The notes beneath the pieces are model-generated. The model was given only the letters and a program-made list of their open reading frames with translations, was not told the origin of the DNA and made no database searches. Below, in pieces: positions 61,365 through 64,000 of a stretch of 64,000 nucleotides of DNA. The translations under genes were made by a program, and so were the position numbers. Each line of letters starts with the position of its first letter. Within the stretch, counting starts at the first letter, position 1. The DNA is taken from the NCBI RefSeq assembly GCF_037042905.1, contig NC_087249.1:7442001-7506000 (forward strand), given 5' to 3'. This DNA comes from Lytechinus pictus (taxonomy: Eukaryota).

Positions 61365-62000
61365 ATTAATCTTTTATGGATTTTACTCGAACCTTTACCA
61401 ATATTTTTTTCTTTCTGATATTAATAAAATCGTTCGGGTGAACTTCCCAGGCCTTTAAATTGAGGAAATGATCATGGCTTAGTCTAGAGAATCGAAAGCC
61501 TTGGAAAATCAAATTATGTAGTTAAACTCCGATTCACTTTTGAATTTACAATTCCAGCATAAGTTTCCGAATTGCATTTTCGTTTGCTCGAAGCTAAACT
61601 GTAATACCACCAAAATATTAGTATTGTTTTAAGTTATAAAGCCTGGATTTAAACTCTGACAAATGACATTGTCCTTGATCGGTTCGTTTCTGAGAAATCT
61701 CTTTTCTATTTAAATAATGTTTCTTACGGTCGCATTAATGTTGTAACATGAATAAAACAATACTTTATTTGTTCAGTTATCTATTTTTTAGAGAGTCAAA
61801 AGGGGCCTAAGCTTTCGATCGCAGAATCTTCGTCGGAGGCAAAATGACAAACATACAAATATATATATATATTACATCGCCTGAATGTGGAAAGCAAAAT
61901 CTATTATCTATTTTTTTTATAGAATGCATTTACTAATGTTTATGACTCGTCAGAGTAGGCCTAATTATGGACTAAGATGAGCGTTCCCCATGGTGTTCTC

Positions 62001-62551
62001 TTACACTTGGTTCTCAGACAGTTGACTCATTGCAGTCGGTGGCTGTTGAATGGTATGTTGCGATGGCTTTCGCAGACAGCATCGCAACTGCTCCCCGAGA
62101 TACTTCCGAAACTGCGGCGCCGAGAAAGCGTACACGAAGGGATCGACTGCGCTACACGACTGGTACAATAGCATGAAGACAAAAAGGGCGATGCGCTCCC
62201 TCACCATGCTCGTCCAGCCGACTGTCGCCCAGCCTGAGATGTACTTGTAGAGAAGATAGGTGCTGACGGGGGCGCGGAGGAGGAAAAACACCAGTAGGAT
62301 CAGGACCACCATCCTTGTCAGTTTGGTCTGGAGGGCGCGGACCAGCCTGGTATTCTGTTGCTTAGCGATGGTTTGTTTCTTTCGGAAGGTGTTATTGAGC
62401 ACGCGCCAGAGGATGCGGGCGTAGCAGACGATGAGGATGCTGCCCGGGATAATGAACATGACGGTGTAGGAGTACATGTGATTGGCAAGGTCCATGGGGG
62501 TAGCTGGCCGGCAGACCAAGAAGTAAGACGGTATGTGCACCGTTAAGGAAG
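62001..62551 (-). CDS. GPCR last exon, TM4 end to C-terminus
   Basis: ORF 62001..62573; atcaag acceptor before 62551; TAA stop. Confidence 0.9.
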
Positions 62552-63722
62552 CTTGATATAACATAAAAGGCAAAAAAAAAAACGATTTTATTTTGGGGCA
62601 TAAAAATAATGATTGTCATGAGATAATAAGTCCTACCGAACATGGACCCAATTTATAAAGGACTTGCAAACAGTGGCGTAATGACAGAAACAAATTAAGG
62701 TGGTAAGAAACGGTGTATGGGGCAGAAATTATTCAAAACAATAAAGTTGCGAGAGAGCGAAACGAGCGAGCAAAAATTTCGAAATTTAAACAAAAAAAAT
62801 CAAATTTTGTGATAGATCTTGACATAATCAGAATATGGTATTATATTTTATCCTTCTCTTTTTCCATTTCTTTCCTTTTCACTGTTTTTCGGTTGTGAAA
62901 AAATTAAGGTGTGGCAGGTGCCCCCACCCCCCCCCCCACACCCCTCCCGTACGCCACTGCTTGCAAATATGGTAACCTTTGCCATAATTGCAACGATTAT
63001 GGTAGGGGTGCTCAGCAACCAATCAAAACAATAGCTTCCATTAGAAAGTAATATTTCTGCTCGTAATTAAAAAAAATAAACTCATCAAACAATTCGGAGA
63101 TCAAAGATTAGTGTAGGAGGGTCGCAAAATTATAGTTTTCGGGCAAATTCTAACAATAAAAAATTCAAGAGGTGATGGGATGATGTAATTATTTGACATA
63201 ATCTGCGATTGGATAGTCCAACAAAGGAAGAACTGTTTGAAGAAAGCGATTCGTTTTGTTGGAAGTACAATCTGTTTAAGAATGTGACTCAAAGGCTTCA
63301 GGCTGGCTCTGATATATAATAATAATACTACTAATAATAGGCATTTATATAGCGCCATCTATCTAGAAATATTATATTCCGAGACGCGTTAATATTATTA
63401 TTACCCCGGCTTTAGCTCGAGCTGCCCTTCAGCGCTCATGCATTCAATGAATTAATCCTGCCGGGTACCCATTCACCTCACCTGGGTTGAGTGCAGCACA
63501 ATGTAGATAAATTTCTTGCTGAAGGAAATTACGCCATGGCTGGGATGGGAAATAATATTGCGGAAAGAGCTATCAGCAATACGCACCCAACCAGCTAATG
63601 GTGATGGCGATAGAAACTCGGCGGCCATTCCAACGGCCGACTGATTGTAGAGGGTTGATGATCGCATCGTATCGGGTGAGGGTTAGGAGAAGCAATGTGA
63701 AGCACGAAACTTGATATGTCAC
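62001..63722 (-). CDS. Rhodopsin-class GPCR, kisspeptin/galanin/allatostatin-A receptor-like, TM3-TM7; join(63587..63722,62001..62551); 5' exons beyond right edge
   Basis: Spliced: VTYQVSCFTLLLLTLTRYDAIINPL (TM3), ISWLASLTVHIP (TM4), MFIIPGSILIVCYARI (TM5), LTRMVVLILLVFFLLRAP (TM6), SAVDPFVYAF (TM7), helix 8 FRKYL and RCC; GT-AG phase-1 junction. Confidence 0.88.
62671..62959. mobile_element. hAT-type MITE (TSD CTTGCAAA) in the GPCR intron
   Basis: cagtggcgta...tacgccactg with exact 8-bp TSD. Confidence 0.82.
63320..63545 (-). mobile_element. SINE (same core family) in the GPCR intron
   Basis: cagcaagaaatttatctacattgtgctgcactcaacccaggtgaggtgaatgggtacc core; near-identical 3' half at 36250-36410. 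Confidence 0.75.
63587..63722 (-). CDS. GPCR exon TM3-TM4 (136 nt)
   Basis: ctctctcag acceptor, G|gtgcgt donor; this frame is not in the ORF track. Confidence 0.85.
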
Positions 63723-63796
63723 CTGAGAGAGAAACCGAGAGAAAGGGGAAGGTATTTAGGATGGGTAAGATCCGGGGGTAAGATGAGGAGGATCGA

Positions 63797-63995
63797 GGAT
63801 GATGATGATGATGATGATGATGAAGATGATGATGTTAATGGTGATGATGGTGATGATTAGGGTTATGATGATGATGATGACGATGATGGTGATTACGATG
63901 ATGATGATGATTACGATGACGAAGATTACGATGATGATGATAATGATGATTACGATTATTATGAAGATATTGATGACGATGATGATGATGATGAT
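63797..63995 (+). repeat. Degenerate (GAT)n microsatellite
   Basis: Direct reading; intronic to the GPCR. Confidence 0.9.
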
Positions 63996-64000
63996 TTTTT

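Noticed and set aside
63780..63995. Poly-Asp coding region
   Set aside because: (GAT)n microsatellite in the GPCR intron with no splice or ORF context

Overview
AT-rich, intron-containing animal genomic DNA. The repeat complement (tRNA-derived SINEs, L2/CR1 LINE fragments, many MITEs) suggests an invertebrate deuterostome, probably a sea urchin (inference). Three spliced genes can be reconstructed by hand. (1) The 5' part of a DEG/ENaC (ASIC/ENaC-like) channel lies on the minus strand (coding exons 5178-5185, 3621-4742, 2973-3082, continuing off the left edge) and has a large acidic finger-domain insertion with two furin sites. (2) A complete TTLL6/TTLL13-type tubulin polyglutamylase lies on the plus strand (18 coding exons, 13122-48548, about 935 aa), with a candidate alternative 1.46-kb terminal exon (30080-31537) and a probable ~7 kb 3' UTR. 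(3) The TM3-TM7 half of a divergent kisspeptin-receptor-like class A GPCR lies on the minus strand (63587-63722, 62001-62551). The rest is dominated by non-autonomous DNA transposons, many with readable target-site duplications, plus SINEs and LINE 3' fragments. Most notable non-gene signal: about 38 copies of TACATGTA (a Tc1/mariner-type excision footprint) confined to the TTLL6 transcription unit. A 32-bp TIR/TSD micro-element is also present. No prokaryotic-type system (CRISPR, operon, defence island) is present, and most short ORFs in the track are spurious.
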